Translations under genes and position numbers: made by a program | The notes under the pieces: generated by a model | The model's input: the letters and a program-made list of their open reading frames with translations, nothing else | The model's database searches: none | What the model was told of the DNA's origin: nothing | Origin: Terriglobia bacterium | GTDB taxonomy: Bacteria > Acidobacteriota > Terriglobia > 20CM-2-55-15 | DNA length: 64,000 nt | Assembly: GCA_965262675.1 (NCBI GenBank) | Contig: OZ253554.1 | Location: 2,132,640 to 2,196,639 of the forward strand | Direction of reading: 5' to 3' | In this document: piece after piece, positions 1 to 9,760 of the stretch | Layout of the letters: each line of letters starts with the position of its first letter | Numbering within the stretch: the first letter of the stretch is position 1

Positions 1-267
1 TTCGAGATGAACGTCGATCTTGTTCTTCTTGCCATGGGCTTTCTGGGTCCGGAAAAGAATGGAATGTTGTCCCAGTTTGGCGTCGGGTTGAACGAACGCG
101 GCAACGTCGTGAGCGATGGCAACATGATGACCACCGTCGACGGCGTGTTCGCGGCAGGGGACATGTCCCGAGGGCAGTCCCTGATCGTCTGGGCCATTCG
201 CGAGGGCCGGCTTGCCGCGAGGGGAATCGACCTGTACCTGATGGGTACGACGGAGTTGCCCGCTTAG
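1..267 (+). CDS. 3' fragment of a NADPH-dependent glutamate synthase small-subunit-like FAD/NAD(P) oxidoreductase; 5' end lies beyond the window edge
   Basis: ORF 7..267 translation ...[12 protein letters not shown]...[35 protein letters not shown] resembles the conserved C-terminus of GltD/pyridine-nucleotide-disulfide oxidoreductases. The frame is open to position 1. Confidence 0.55.
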   Translation, partial: FEMNVDLVLLAMGFLGPEKNGMLSQFGVGLNERGNVVSDGNMMTTVDGVFAAGDMSRGQSLIVWAIREGRLAARGIDLYLMGTTELPA

Positions 268-447
268 CCCGCATTTCTCACGAGTTGTCTGCTACAGTGC
301 CGGATCCATCCGCCAGTGCCGCGTTCTACGCGCCCGCGCTTGATCCGGCGCGAGGAACGCGCCGCTACGCGCCCGGCGCGAGGAACGCGCCGTAGCTCTG
401 ACGGCGTCTCCGACTCTTCGCGACGAAAACCCGTGAGAAAGGCGGGG
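268..447 (-). repeat. MITE-like non-coding repeat, copy A (inverted orientation relative to copies B and D)
   Basis: Begins cccgcatttctcacgagttgtctgc and ends cgtgagaaaggcgggg. Termini are imperfect inverted repeats. It contains the internal direct repeat cgcgcccggcgcgaggaacgcgccg x2. The same element recurs at 27591, 41841 and 58324. Confidence 0.7.
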
Positions 448-533
448 TAGAAACCGGCGGCGGAGCCCGGCAGGGTTCGGCCACCGACTGCCAGGACCCG
501 CCCCTCCCTCTGCTTCATGTTACTTTTGAAATC

Positions 534-1880
534 ATGATCGTAATGAAGTTTGGCGGTACGTCCGTCCGGGACGCCGCCGCGATGGATCGGGCGTGCCGTA
601 TCGTCGCCGACCGTATCGGCCAGGCCCCTCTAGTTGTCGTCAGTGCAATGTCGGGCGTCACGAGCAATTTGCTCGAGATGTCGCGTTTGGCGGCGGCCGG
701 GCGTTTGAGCGAGGCTCTGTCCGTCTACGACCGGGTCCGCGGGCAACACCTTGAGATGCTCGACAGCCTCGAGGGCGATCTCGAAGAACTTCGAGCCACT
801 GTGGAGCTTGCCGCCCACGACGGGATCACCCCGGCCATGGAGGACCGTATCGCTTCGTTCGGGGAACGGTTGTCTTCCCGCATCTTCGCTTCACGGCTGT
901 CCCCCCTGGCGCCGGCAACGCACGTCGACTCGCGGCGCTGCCTGATCACCGACGATCGGTTCACGCGCGCGAGTCCAATGGTGGAGGAGACAACCGCACG
1001 CCTGGACCAGATCGTCCGACCTCTCATCGCGCCCGGTTCCGCCGTTGTCATGGGGGGGTACATGGGGTCGACCCTGTCGGCAGAGACCTCGACACTGGGG
1101 AGGGGCGGCTCCGATTACACGGCCACGCTCTTCGGTACGTGCCTGGGAGCGGCAGAAGTTCAGATATGGACCGACGTGGACGGGATGATGACCGCCGATC
1201 CGCGGGTGGTGCCCGATGCGTGGACGATTCGGCGCATCTCGTTCGACGAGGCGGCGGAACTGGCGTACTTCGGCGCGAAGGTCCTGCATCCTCTCACTCT
1301 CATCCCGGCCCTTCAGAAAGGCGTACCCGTGCATGTACTCAATTCAACCCGGCCCGAAGGCCGCGGAACGGTGATCGCGACCGACGCTCCGGCCCCAGGC
1401 GGTCCGGTCAAGTCGTTCGCGTGCAAGCGCGGCATCGCCGCGGTCACCATCACCTCGTCGCGAATGTTGATGGCGCACGGTTTTCTCAGGGCGCTCTTCG
1501 AAGTCTTCGACAAGCACGAGACCAGCGTGGACGTGGTGACGACATCGGAAGTCACGGTTTCCCTGACACTGGACGATCAGAGTTCGCTGAACGCGATCGT
1601 CAAGGATCTTGAAGCATTGGGAACCGTCCAGGTGGAGCGCGGGCTGGCTCTGGTGTGCCTGGTGGGGTCCAACCTAAAGGACACCCGGGGCATCGCCTCG
1701 AAGGTATTCGGATGCCTGGACGACATGAACCTGCGGATGATCTCTCAAGGGGCTTCCAACATCAATCTGACTTTCGTGGTGGGTGAAGATTGCGTCGATA
1801 CCGTCGTTCGCCGACTCCATGCCGCCTTTTTCGAAAGCTTCGATCCGGAACTGTTCGAACGTTCCGGTGGTCGGTCGTAG
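534..1880 (+). CDS. lysC: aspartate kinase
   Basis: MKFGGTSV... N-terminus, the whole amino-acid-kinase domain and a C-terminal ACT-like region (ORF 534..1880). The start could be 534 or 543. Confidence 0.9.
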   Translation: MIVMKFGGTSVRDAAAMDRACRIVADRIGQAPLVVVSAMSGVTSNLLEMSRLAAAGRLSEALSVYDRVRGQHLEMLDSLEGDLEELRATVELAAHDGITPAMEDRIASFGERLSSRIFASRLSPLAPATHVDSRRCLITDDRFTRASPMVEETTARLDQIVRPLIAPGSAVVMGGYMGSTLSAETSTLGRGGSDYTATLFGTCLGAAEVQIWTDVDGMMTADPRVVPDAWTIRRISFDEAAELAYFGAKVLHPLTLIPALQKGVPVHVLNSTRPEGRGTVIATDAPAPGGPVKSFACKRGIAAVTITSSRMLMAHGFLRALFEVFDKHETSVDVVTTSEVTVSLTLDDQSSLNAIVKDLEALGTVQVERGLALVCLVGSNLKDTRGIASKVFGCLDDMNLRMISQGASNINLTFVVGEDCVDTVVRRLHAAFFESFDPELFERSGGRS

Positions 1881-1885
1881 ACCGT

Positions 1886-2412
1886 ACAGGGGGAATCGGA
1901 ATGGGAGGCGAAGCGCGAATCAAGTCCGAACACGCACCTTTATCATTCCGACAACTTATGAGAACAGCGCTCCGAATGTAGGGGCGGTCGAGATTGTGCC
2001 GTCGTAGACGGCACCTACAGTGGGAATCGGAATGGGAGGGGCAGCACGAATCAAGTCCGAACTCTTCATGTAGGTGCGGGCTATGACCGCACGAATCAAG
2101 TCCGAACCCCGCACCTTTATCATTCCGACAACTTGTGAGAACAGCGCTCCGAATGTAGGGGCGGTCGAGATTGTGCCGTCGTAGACGGCACCTACAGTGG
2201 GAATCGGAATGGGAGGGGCAGCACGAATCAAGTCCGAACTCTTCATGTAGGTGCGGGCTATGACCGCACGAATCAAGTCCGAACCCCGCACCTTTATCAT
2301 TCCGACAACTTGTGAGAACAGCGCTCCGAATGTAGGGGCGGTCGAGATCGTGCGGTCATAGCCCGCACAGGTGGAGTGCGAAAGATCGTGCGGTCATAGA
2401 CCGCACCTACAT
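1886..2412. repeat. Tandem array of about 3 units (~175 bp each) built from REP-like palindromes
   Basis: The ORF 1956..2300 translation shows an exact 57-aa duplication. Palindromes include gtgccgtc-gta-gacggcac, gtgcgggctatgaccgcac and gtgcggtcatagaccgcac. There are no unique spacers. Confidence 0.8.
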
Positions 2413-2413
2413 T

Positions 2414-4363
2414 TCAAGGCAACCTGAACGCGACCAATTCCGCGGGTACGCGGGGAGTCGCGCTGCCCACGGCGAGGACCAGATACTGGACGCCGTCGAG
2501 CATATAGGTCATCGGGTTGCCGGTTTGCGGGGCATGCATCTCTACGCGGCCGACTTCTTCGCCGGTCGCCTTGTCGTAGGCGTGCAGCACGGCGCCGAGT
2601 TCACCCGACGGCCGCGTCGTCAGATTCCGGTCCCCTGAGATCACCAGCGTTCTCGTGGTGAGTGTGCCAATGGGTCCAAACTGTCCCGTCGTGCCGACAT
2701 CGACACCTTCCAGAGACGGATTCTCGCGCACCGCGTCGAGTGTTTCGCCATGCGGAATCTGCCAGACAATGTCGCCGCGGTTCATGTCGATCGCCGTGAT
2801 TCGCCCCCAGGGAGGTTTGACGATCGGCAGACCCTGGACCGTCAGCCCACCGCCGAATCCCGCTCCTGCCGCGCCGTTGATGAAATCCATATCGGATCGT
2901 TCCGGATCGTTCACCAGCGTGATCACGCGGGTCGACTTGTTGGAAAACACGTACATGATCCCGGTCTCAGGGTCGTAGGAACCGCCCGGCCAGTTGGCCC
3001 CGTTCGGCACGAAGACCATGCCGATCTTGCCTTCTTCGCCGCGAACTATGGGCGGAGTGAAGAGCGGGCCCAGTTTGTACCCGGAAGTGACCTCGAGGGC
3101 TTCGGCCCGCAGTTCCGGCGTGAAGTCGATCAGGTCGCCTTCCTGGACCCCCTGAAGCTCGAATGGCGGGGGCTTGGTCGGGAACGGTTGGGTGCCGCTG
3201 GATTCCTCTCCGGGTACTCTCGATTGTTCGACCGTCCGTTCCTCGATGGGCCAGACCGGCTCGCCGGTCTCACGGTCGAACACATAGGCCCAGCCCTGTT
3301 TGCTGGGTTGCACGACGGCCTTGATGTCGCGTCCGTCGACGGTTATATCCATCAGGATGGGCGCGCATGGAATGTCATAGTCCCAGATTCCGTGATGGAC
3401 AAGTTGGTAGTGCCAGATCCGTTCGCCGGTTTCCAGGTCGACCGCGACGAGGGATTCCGTAAACAGGCTGTCGCCGGGCCGATGTCCCCCATAGTAATCC
3501 CCGGTCGAGAGCTCGATCGGCAGGTAGGCGATGCCGAGTTCCTCGTCGACGGAAAACGGCGCCCACATTCCCGTGTTGCCGGAGTATTCCGACGAGTCGG
3601 CGCCCCAGGTGTCGTTTCCGAATTCGTCGGCGAGCGGAATCGTGTGAAAGATCCAACGGCGCTCACCGGTCCGGACGTCGAACGCCCGGACATACCCCTT
3701 GGCGTTGGTCCGGCTTTCGGGGGCGCCGCCCGGTCGATGGGACGCGCCCACGATGACCAGATCCCTGGCCACGACGGGCGCGGAGTTCAGGGCAAGTTCT
3801 CCCGTGACCGGGTCGAGAGTCTGATCCATTCCCTGTTTCAGATCGACCACGCCGGCATTGCCGAACCCTTCGAGCGGAAGTCCGGTCCTGGCATCCAGGC
3901 CCACCAGTTGGTACCCGATCGTCACCATGAATATCCGTTCGTCGTCCCCGTCGTCCCAGTACGCGACGCCGCGTCCCGACAGTTGCCGTGCGGCGGTTCT
4001 GGCCCGCTCACCCTCGTCGAGGCTGTACACCCATAGCTGCTCGCCCGTGGCGGCATCGATCGCCACCGCGCTCCGATTCGAACCGGCCGTCGTATACAAC
4101 ACGCCGTCAATCATCAGCGGCGTGGCTTGCAGGTTGTAGTCGGTACCGGGTCCGATGTCCTGCGTTTCGAATCGCCAGGCGAGTTCCAGTTCATTGAAGT
4201 TGCTGGCGTCTATCTGATCGAGCGGCGCGTATCGCGTGCTCCCCAGATCGCCGCCATAGGTGGTCCACTCCCCGTTCCGGGTTCCCGACTGAGCCCACGA
4301 CTCGGCGGACGTTCCAGCAACGGCCAGCAACAGAACTACGGCGGTCTCGATGAATCGTCTCAC
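2414..4363 (-). CDS. PQQ-dependent (quinoprotein) alcohol/sugar dehydrogenase, periplasmic
   Basis: Signal peptide MRRFIETAVVLLLAVAGTSA. N-terminal W-x-YGGD...RYSPL-QI signature of PQQ dehydrogenases. Eight-bladed propeller-length protein (649 aa). Confidence 0.85.
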   Translation of the reverse strand: MRRFIETAVVLLLAVAGTSAESWAQSGTRNGEWTTYGGDLGSTRYAPLDQIDASNFNELELAWRFETQDIGPGTDYNLQATPLMIDGVLYTTAGSNRSAVAIDAATGEQLWVYSLDEGERARTAARQLSGRGVAYWDDGDDERIFMVTIGYQLVGLDARTGLPLEGFGNAGVVDLKQGMDQTLDPVTGELALNSAPVVARDLVIVGASHRPGGAPESRTNAKGYVRAFDVRTGERRWIFHTIPLADEFGNDTWGADSSEYSGNTGMWAPFSVDEELGIAYLPIELSTGDYYGGHRPGDSLFTESLVAVDLETGERIWHYQLVHHGIWDYDIPCAPILMDITVDGRDIKAVVQPSKQGWAYVFDRETGEPVWPIEERTVEQSRVPGEESSGTQPFPTKPPPFELQGVQEGDLIDFTPELRAEALEVTSGYKLGPLFTPPIVRGEEGKIGMVFVPNGANWPGGSYDPETGIMYVFSNKSTRVITLVNDPERSDMDFINGAAGAGFGGGLTVQGLPIVKPPWGRITAIDMNRGDIVWQIPHGETLDAVRENPSLEGVDVGTTGQFGPIGTLTTRTLVISGDRNLTTRPSGELGAVLHAYDKATGEEVGRVEMHAPQTGNPMTYMLDGVQYLVLAVGSATPRVPAELVAFRLP

Positions 4364-5451
4364 TCTTCCTCCGCCCTTACGGTGTGACGCAACGTTCCGA
4401 TCCCTTCGATCGTCGCGACGATTTCGTCATCGGGGTTCAGAAAAATCTGTACGTCCCGTACCGACAGCGACATGCCGGTGCCTTCCGGACTTCCCGCGGC
4501 GATCACGTCGCCCGGAAACAGCGTCAGGATTTCCGATCCGTATTCGATCAGTTCATGGATGTTGTGGATCATGTCGCTGGAATTGCCGTCCTGCATGACG
4601 ACACCGTTCACCGTGAGCCGCTGGGCGATGTTCATCGGATCGGGCATGAATTCTTTCGGTACGATGAAGGGGCCCATCGGGGCAAACGTGTCATGCCCTT
4701 TCGCGAGGAGCCAGTCCGAGCCCCCGTATCGCGGGACCTCTTCGTCACGCCCTCCGCGGTCGGACATGTCGAGCATGATCGTATATCCGAATATGTAGTC
4801 TTCGGCGTCTTCGACAGGGACGTATTTGGCGGCCCGTCCGATCACGACTGCGATTTCGGTTTCCCAGTCGATGCTTTCGCGTCCACGCGGCAGGATGATG
4901 TCGTCGCCGTTTCCGATGATCGCCCCCACGGTCGGTTTGGTGAACATATAGGGAAGACCCCTGTTGGCGCGGCGTGCAGCCTCGGTCGCCGCCTGTTGTT
5001 CCGCCGAAACGCCTTCATCGACATGGCCATAGTAGTTGCTGGCGGCGTTGAGCATCTTGCCGGGATAGAGGATCGGGGCGAGCGTCCGCACGTCGGCCAA
5101 GTCGTGGATATGGCCGGGCCGGTTCTGTAGCTGGTTTTCGCCGATCACGGCGTTGACGATCTCGCGGGTTCGACGTGCCGCGCCGTATTCCCAGCGTCCG
5201 ATCAGATCGCGCATGTCATCGACCATGGGGATTTCGACGACCGCGGGGCTGGATTCCAGTTCGCGGTTGGCCGCAACCAGTTCCACGACGATGCTGTCGC
5301 CCAGGACGATTCCGACATGTTGTTCGCCGTCGATATCGAAAGTGCCCAACTTGAAGGGCTCCGCCACGGCCACACCGCCCACCTGGGCGAATGCCATGGG
5401 GACCGCGGCCAAGGCCACGATTGCCAGCAAAATCAAGACGCTGCGTTTCAT
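4360..5451 (-). CDS. fumarylacetoacetate hydrolase (FAH) family protein with a signal peptide
   Basis: FAH-type motifs (NYYGHVDEG..PYMFTKP..GNGDDIILPR..DWETEIAVVIGR) in ORF 4360..5574. The preferred start is the internal ATG at 5451 (MKRSVLILLAIVALAAVPMAFAQ). The stop overlaps the PQQ-DH start by 4 bp. Confidence 0.7.
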   Translation of the reverse strand: MKRSVLILLAIVALAAVPMAFAQVGGVAVAEPFKLGTFDIDGEQHVGIVLGDSIVVELVAANRELESSPAVVEIPMVDDMRDLIGRWEYGAARRTREIVNAVIGENQLQNRPGHIHDLADVRTLAPILYPGKMLNAASNYYGHVDEGVSAEQQAATEAARRANRGLPYMFTKPTVGAIIGNGDDIILPRGRESIDWETEIAVVIGRAAKYVPVEDAEDYIFGYTIMLDMSDRGGRDEEVPRYGGSDWLLAKGHDTFAPMGPFIVPKEFMPDPMNIAQRLTVNGVVMQDGNSSDMIHNIHELIEYGSEILTLFPGDVIAAGSPEGTGMSLSVRDVQIFLNPDDEIVATIEGIGTLRHTVRAEEE

Positions 5452-5555
5452 GATTGAGATCCTCCAGCGAACGTTATTAATCCAAAAAGTGGGGGCAGTC
5501 ACCCTTTTTCCCTTCCCGGCCCGGATATAATACCCCGTTCCAAGCTGTTCGACGT

Positions 5556-7856
5556 ATGACCCTGCTCCCCTCATCGAAATGCCGATTCGGACCTCTGGCT
5601 CGCCGTGCGGCCGGGTCGACCGCCCTGTGCCTGATCGTCGGGTTGGGCGCGTCGGCCCAGGGGGGCGGCGAAACCATCGACATCCCGCGCCTTGACCGGG
5701 CGCCCCTGTTCGAGGATTTCCTTGACATGCGGCCGCCCGCGGATCTTGCCGGTCAGATGACCATGGTGACCGGTTTCGTGCAGCGGCAGCCCAGCGACGG
5801 TCAGGCAGCCTCCCAGCGTACCGAGGTCTATCTGGGTTACGACGACCAGAATCTGTACGCGGTCTTCGTGTGTTTCGATACGAACCCCGACCGGATACGC
5901 GCGCGCCTGAACCCGCGGGGCGATACCGGTGGCGACGACTGGATTGTCATCGTCCTGGATACGTTTCACGACGAACGCAACGCCTACATGTTCGGCACGT
6001 CGCCGCTGGGCGTCGAATGGGACGCGCTCTGGACCGAGGGGCAGGGCCCGGACGCGGCCTACGACACGATCTTCGACTCCCGAGCCGGGTTGACGGATGA
6101 AGGTTACGTCGTGTGGCTGGCCATGCCCTTCAAGAGTCTTCGTTTCCCGGCCGATTCGGCTCAGACCTGGGGAATGCAGTTTGGGCGGAGCATTCCGCGG
6201 CTGAACGAGGAGTCATTCTGGCCCAGTTATTCCACAAGAATCGAAGGACGCCTGAATCAGGCGGCAACCGTCGAGGGTCTGGAGGACGTGTCCCCAGGAC
6301 GGAACATCCAACTGCTGCCGTTTGCCGGGTTCCGTTCGTTTCGAGCCATCGATCGGCGAGATCCGATGCGGCCGGTTTTTCAGGCCGATCGGGCATCGAC
6401 GGATGCCGGACTCGATGCCAAGTTCGTTTTCCGCGACAGTCTGGTGACCGACATCGCCATCAACCCGGATTTCAGTCAGGTAGAGTCCGACGAGCCACAG
6501 GTGACGGCCAACGAGCGTTTCGAGGTATTTTTCCCGGAAAAACGTCCCTTCTTTCTGGAAAACGCCAACTACTTTCAGACGCCCATCAACCTGGTCTTCA
6601 CCCGCCGCATTGCCGACCCCCGGTTCGGTGCGCGGTTGACCGGGAAGGCGGGCCCTTATTCGATCGGCGCGCTGGTGACCGACGACGAGTCACCGGGCAA
6701 GCGCGTTCCTGACAGCGACCCCCGTTCGGGACGGAGAGCGCGCTTTGGAATCGTGCGTATTAATCGGGACATTCTGGATCAATCCAGCATCGGGGCGATT
6801 TTTACCGAGCGAAGCTTCGATTCCACTTTCAACCGGGTCGGCGGCGTGGACGCCCGGTTCAAGCTGAACGATAACTGGGTGACTCAGATGCAGGCCGTGA
6901 CCAGCACCACGGAGTTCGCAGACGGGTCCCGGCGTTCCGGGCCGGCATACGAAGCCCTGCTCAACCGGAGCGGACGCCAGTTCAATCTCAGCCTGGCCTT
7001 TTCGGACCGCAGCGCGGATTTCATCACGCAGACCGGATTCAACCCGAGAGGCGACATTCGTACCGTCTCGGGAAACGCCGGCTATGCCTTCCGGCCCGAG
7101 GGCCGGTATTTTATCGCGATGACCCCCGACGTCACGGTCCAGCATACGATGGCCCGCGATGGAACGCGCCTTGAACAGGCGGTGTCTCCGCGCGTGACCT
7201 GGGAATTTGCAGGCCAGACATTCATGCGCGTCGCCTATCTTCCGGAACGGATCCGCTTGAGACCATCGGAGGCGCCCGTCACCGTCGAGCGCGATTTCAA
7301 CCGGAACGTCGTCTCCATTGCCTTCGAAACCGCGGCGCTTGCGGCGATTCAGTTCTCGGTCCAACACCAGCGCGGAGGCCAGATCAACTTCAGTCCGTTG
7401 TCGGGCCGGGAAGCCTCGATGGAACGGTGGGCGACCACCGACGTGAGTCTCATTCTGCGGCCCGGAAGGCGGTTGAGCATCGCCAATCGGTATCTGTTCT
7501 CCAGACTGGGGCATCGCCGGACCGGCGCCACCATATTCAACGATCACATCGTCCGATCACGCTGGAACTGGCAGTTCACCCCGGAGTTGTCGGTGCGCGT
7601 CATCCTGCAATACGAGGCTCTGCATGCCAACCCGGAACTGACGAGTCAGGAAACTAGAAGAAATTTCAACACCGATTTTCTGTTCGCATATCAACTCAAC
7701 GCCTGGACCGCGTTTTACGCCGGGTATAACAACAATCTGCAGAACATCGATCTCATCCCGACGGCCCACGGTTCCAGGATCGTTCGGACCGCGAACGCCT
7801 TCATCAGCGACGCCCATCAATTTTTCGCCAAGTTTTCGTATTCGATTCGTTTCTGA
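5556..7856 (+). CDS. outer-membrane protein with a CBM9-like/DUF5916-type N-terminal domain and a C-terminal beta-barrel
   Basis: 766-aa ORF. The N-terminal region (YLGYDDQNLYAVFVCFD...DDWIVIVLDTFHDERNAYMF) resembles the family-9 carbohydrate-binding-like fold of DUF5916 proteins. The beta-strand-rich C-terminus ends in ...FSYSIRF (aromatic terminal residue, OMP-like). The start codon is uncertain. Confidence 0.55.
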   Translation: MTLLPSSKCRFGPLARRAAGSTALCLIVGLGASAQGGGETIDIPRLDRAPLFEDFLDMRPPADLAGQMTMVTGFVQRQPSDGQAASQRTEVYLGYDDQNLYAVFVCFDTNPDRIRARLNPRGDTGGDDWIVIVLDTFHDERNAYMFGTSPLGVEWDALWTEGQGPDAAYDTIFDSRAGLTDEGYVVWLAMPFKSLRFPADSAQTWGMQFGRSIPRLNEESFWPSYSTRIEGRLNQAATVEGLEDVSPGRNIQLLPFAGFRSFRAIDRRDPMRPVFQADRASTDAGLDAKFVFRDSLVTDIAINPDFSQVESDEPQVTANERFEVFFPEKRPFFLENANYFQTPINLVFTRRIADPRFGARLTGKAGPYSIGALVTDDESPGKRVPDSDPRSGRRARFGIVRINRDILDQSSIGAIFTERSFDSTFNRVGGVDARFKLNDNWVTQMQAVTSTTEFADGSRRSGPAYEALLNRSGRQFNLSLAFSDRSADFITQTGFNPRGDIRTVSGNAGYAFRPEGRYFIAMTPDVTVQHTMARDGTRLEQAVSPRVTWEFAGQTFMRVAYLPERIRLRPSEAPVTVERDFNRNVVSIAFETAALAAIQFSVQHQRGGQINFSPLSGREASMERWATTDVSLILRPGRRLSIANRYLFSRLGHRRTGATIFNDHIVRSRWNWQFTPELSVRVILQYEALHANPELTSQETRRNFNTDFLFAYQLNAWTAFYAGYNNNLQNIDLIPTAHGSRIVRTANAFISDAHQFFAKFSYSIRF

Positions 7857-7897
7857 CCTGAGACTTGACTGTAAGTCATTGATTTTAAGGGCACCCC

Positions 7898-8254
7898 CTG
7901 TAGGTGCGGTCTACGACCGCACGATTACCGCACGTTCTTGATTTGAGCAGTCATAGACTGCCCCTACACTCTCCCATTGTAGGTGCGGTCTACGACCGCT
8001 CGATTACCTCACGATCTTGATTTGAGCAGTCATAGACCGCCCCTACACTCTCCCATTGTAGGTGCGGTCTACGACCGCTCGATTACCGCACGTTCTTGAT
8101 TTGGGCGGTCATAGACCGCCCCTACACTCTCCCATTGTAGGTGCGGTCTACGACCGCTCGATTACCGCACGATCTTGATTTGAGCAGTCATAGACTGCCC
8201 CTACACTCTCCCATTGTAGGTGCGGTCTACGACCGCTCGATTACCGCACGATCC
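7898..8254. repeat. Tandem array (about 4.5 units of ~79 bp) of the REP-like element gtaggtgcggtctacgaccgc...gcagtcatagactgcccctacactctcccatt
   Basis: Units repeat almost exactly with no unique spacers. The array lies between the OMP gene end (7856) and the next gene (8286). Confidence 0.85.
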
Positions 8255-8285
8255 CGCCAGCACGGGTCTGGAAACGTGCCGCGCG

Positions 8286-9746
8286 TCAGTTGCGCGGCCT
8301 TGCGGTTCGACCGGTCGGAGTTCCGCCCGAAGAGTCCACCCTCGGTGAGGAACTTCCCGAGGACGGTGAACGGACTTCCGGCGAGGAACTGGGCGGAGAC
8401 GAGGGTCTCACGGTGGGCGCGGACGCTCTGGGCGGGGACGAGGGTCTCACGGTGGGTGCGGACGCTCTGGCCGGAGACCTGGGTCTCGCTGTGCGTGAAG
8501 GAACCCCACCCGCGGGCGCGGATCTCACCGTGGGTGCGGAAACTCTGGCCGGAGACCTGGGTCTCGCGGTGCGTGAGGGAACTTCACCCGCGGGCGCGGA
8601 TCTCACGGTGGGCGAGGAGTTTCTGTCCGGGGGCGAGGTCGAGACAGAGGATCCACGGCGGGACCCTGACGAGCCCCCGTCGACGGGCCTTGCAGAGCGA
8701 GGTTCGGACGTGCGGCGGACGTAACCGCGGTCATTGACCATCCTTCCCCGGGAGGACGGAGTCCGCGGTTGGATGACGATCGTCCTCGGCTGATAGTCGG
8801 AATAGACGGTGACCCCCCCCAGGTTGTAGACGTAGTACCGGTAATTCGGATAACCGTACGAGACATGACGGTAGGGCCATGATATGAAGTACGGATCGAA
8901 AAAGTAGCTCCGGAACGGCCTGCGGCGCGGGATGGAATACTGGACAACGGACGGTTCGGGCTCCGGTTCGTAAATGGTAGCCGCTCCGTCGAGAGACACG
9001 GCGAAGCGATCCGGGTAGGACACCGCGACCATGAGGTCGATCAGGGACGTCGGCATGCCGCTATCGGCCAGGCGCACGATCTCGGCGGCGTCGAGCGCGA
9101 ACGCGCTCGGCTGAACCGCAACCCACATTTCGACGGCGCCCGTGGCGATATGCGATGCCGCTTCTTCGACATCTACGTTCCCGATCGGCTGGGATGCCCG
9201 CAGGCGCATCGCCAGCACGGTTTGGTGATCCAGCACCGACGGATCCTGGATGCCGTGTTCGTAGAACCATTCCGGGTCGACCGGACGGTACTCCTGCATC
9301 CAGGTGACGGGTTCTCCCCCGATCTCTATCGAGCGTACGTCCACCCATCGGTCCGGTGCGACGAATGCCATCACGCCCGAATTCGAGCGCGTCTCGTCCG
9401 CGCAAACGACCCGGGAGCGGGTAAAGACGCGCCGTCCGTCCAATGAGAACTCGACCGACCGGAAACCCGTGCAGCCTTCGGTCTGAACCATCCGCTCCTG
9501 GCCATCCGCCAGAACGCCCTCAGCGGATGCCGGTTCGCCGTCAACGACGGTGGATACTTCGACGCCCGCCCCGTCCGGTGTGAAACACAGGACGGAATTC
9601 TCGACTCCAGGGTCGGTAGATATCCAGCATCCGAAGAACGCCTGCCACCGGTGGATCTGCTGAGCGTCGAGGGGACGCGCGAGAGCGGTGGCCATCACGG
9701 CGACGACTCCAAGAATTTTCAAGCCTGTTCCAAGTTCTTTCATCAT
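8286..9746 (-). CDS. secreted hypothetical protein with a Tyr-rich core and a C-terminal Pro/Ser/Arg-rich tandem-repeat tail
   Basis: Signal-peptide-like N-terminus (MMKELGTGLKILGVVAVMATALA). The C-terminus repeats ...SAPTVRSAPAGGVPSRTARPRSPAR... with a 75-bp DNA period at ~8330-8640. Confidence 0.5.
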   Translation of the reverse strand: MMKELGTGLKILGVVAVMATALARPLDAQQIHRWQAFFGCWISTDPGVENSVLCFTPDGAGVEVSTVVDGEPASAEGVLADGQERMVQTEGCTGFRSVEFSLDGRRVFTRSRVVCADETRSNSGVMAFVAPDRWVDVRSIEIGGEPVTWMQEYRPVDPEWFYEHGIQDPSVLDHQTVLAMRLRASQPIGNVDVEEAASHIATGAVEMWVAVQPSAFALDAAEIVRLADSGMPTSLIDLMVAVSYPDRFAVSLDGAATIYEPEPEPSVVQYSIPRRRPFRSYFFDPYFISWPYRHVSYGYPNYRYYVYNLGGVTVYSDYQPRTIVIQPRTPSSRGRMVNDRGYVRRTSEPRSARPVDGGSSGSRRGSSVSTSPPDRNSSPTVRSAPAGEVPSRTARPRSPARVSAPTVRSAPAGGVPSRTARPRSPARASAPTVRPSSPPRASAPTVRPSSPPSSSPEVRSPSSGSSSPRVDSSGGTPTGRTARPRN

Positions 9747-9760
9747 TGTCTTTATTTTCC

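Noticed and set aside
264-518. ORF 264..518 (-) as a small gene
   Set aside because: It lies entirely within the MITE-like repeat copy, and equivalent ORFs are not conserved in the other copies.
448-533. Lysine riboswitch (L-box) upstream of aspartate kinase
   Set aside because: Only ~85 bp separate the MITE copy from the lysC start, which is too short for an L-box. No conserved L-box helices were recognisable.
1886-2412. Possible CRISPR array (regularly repeated palindromic units)
   Set aside because: Repeat units are ~175 bp, are themselves composed of several palindromes, and are separated by no unique spacer sequences. Whole units repeat exactly, as in a tandem duplication.
2750-4036. 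Long ORFs antisense to confident genes (e.g. 2750..4036+, 4384..5130+, 10865..11905-, 12170..13420+, 14213..15256+, 22745..24253+, 47032..48543+, 49526..51604-, 56622..58307-, 59379..60395-)
   Set aside because: They are typical high-GC antisense or out-of-frame ORFs: Arg/Gly/Pro-rich, without motifs, and fully overlapping genes with clear homology-type signatures.
7898-8254. Possible CRISPR array
   Set aside because: A ~79-bp unit repeats head-to-tail with no spacers. It is the same REP-like family seen elsewhere, and no cas genes are present in the window.
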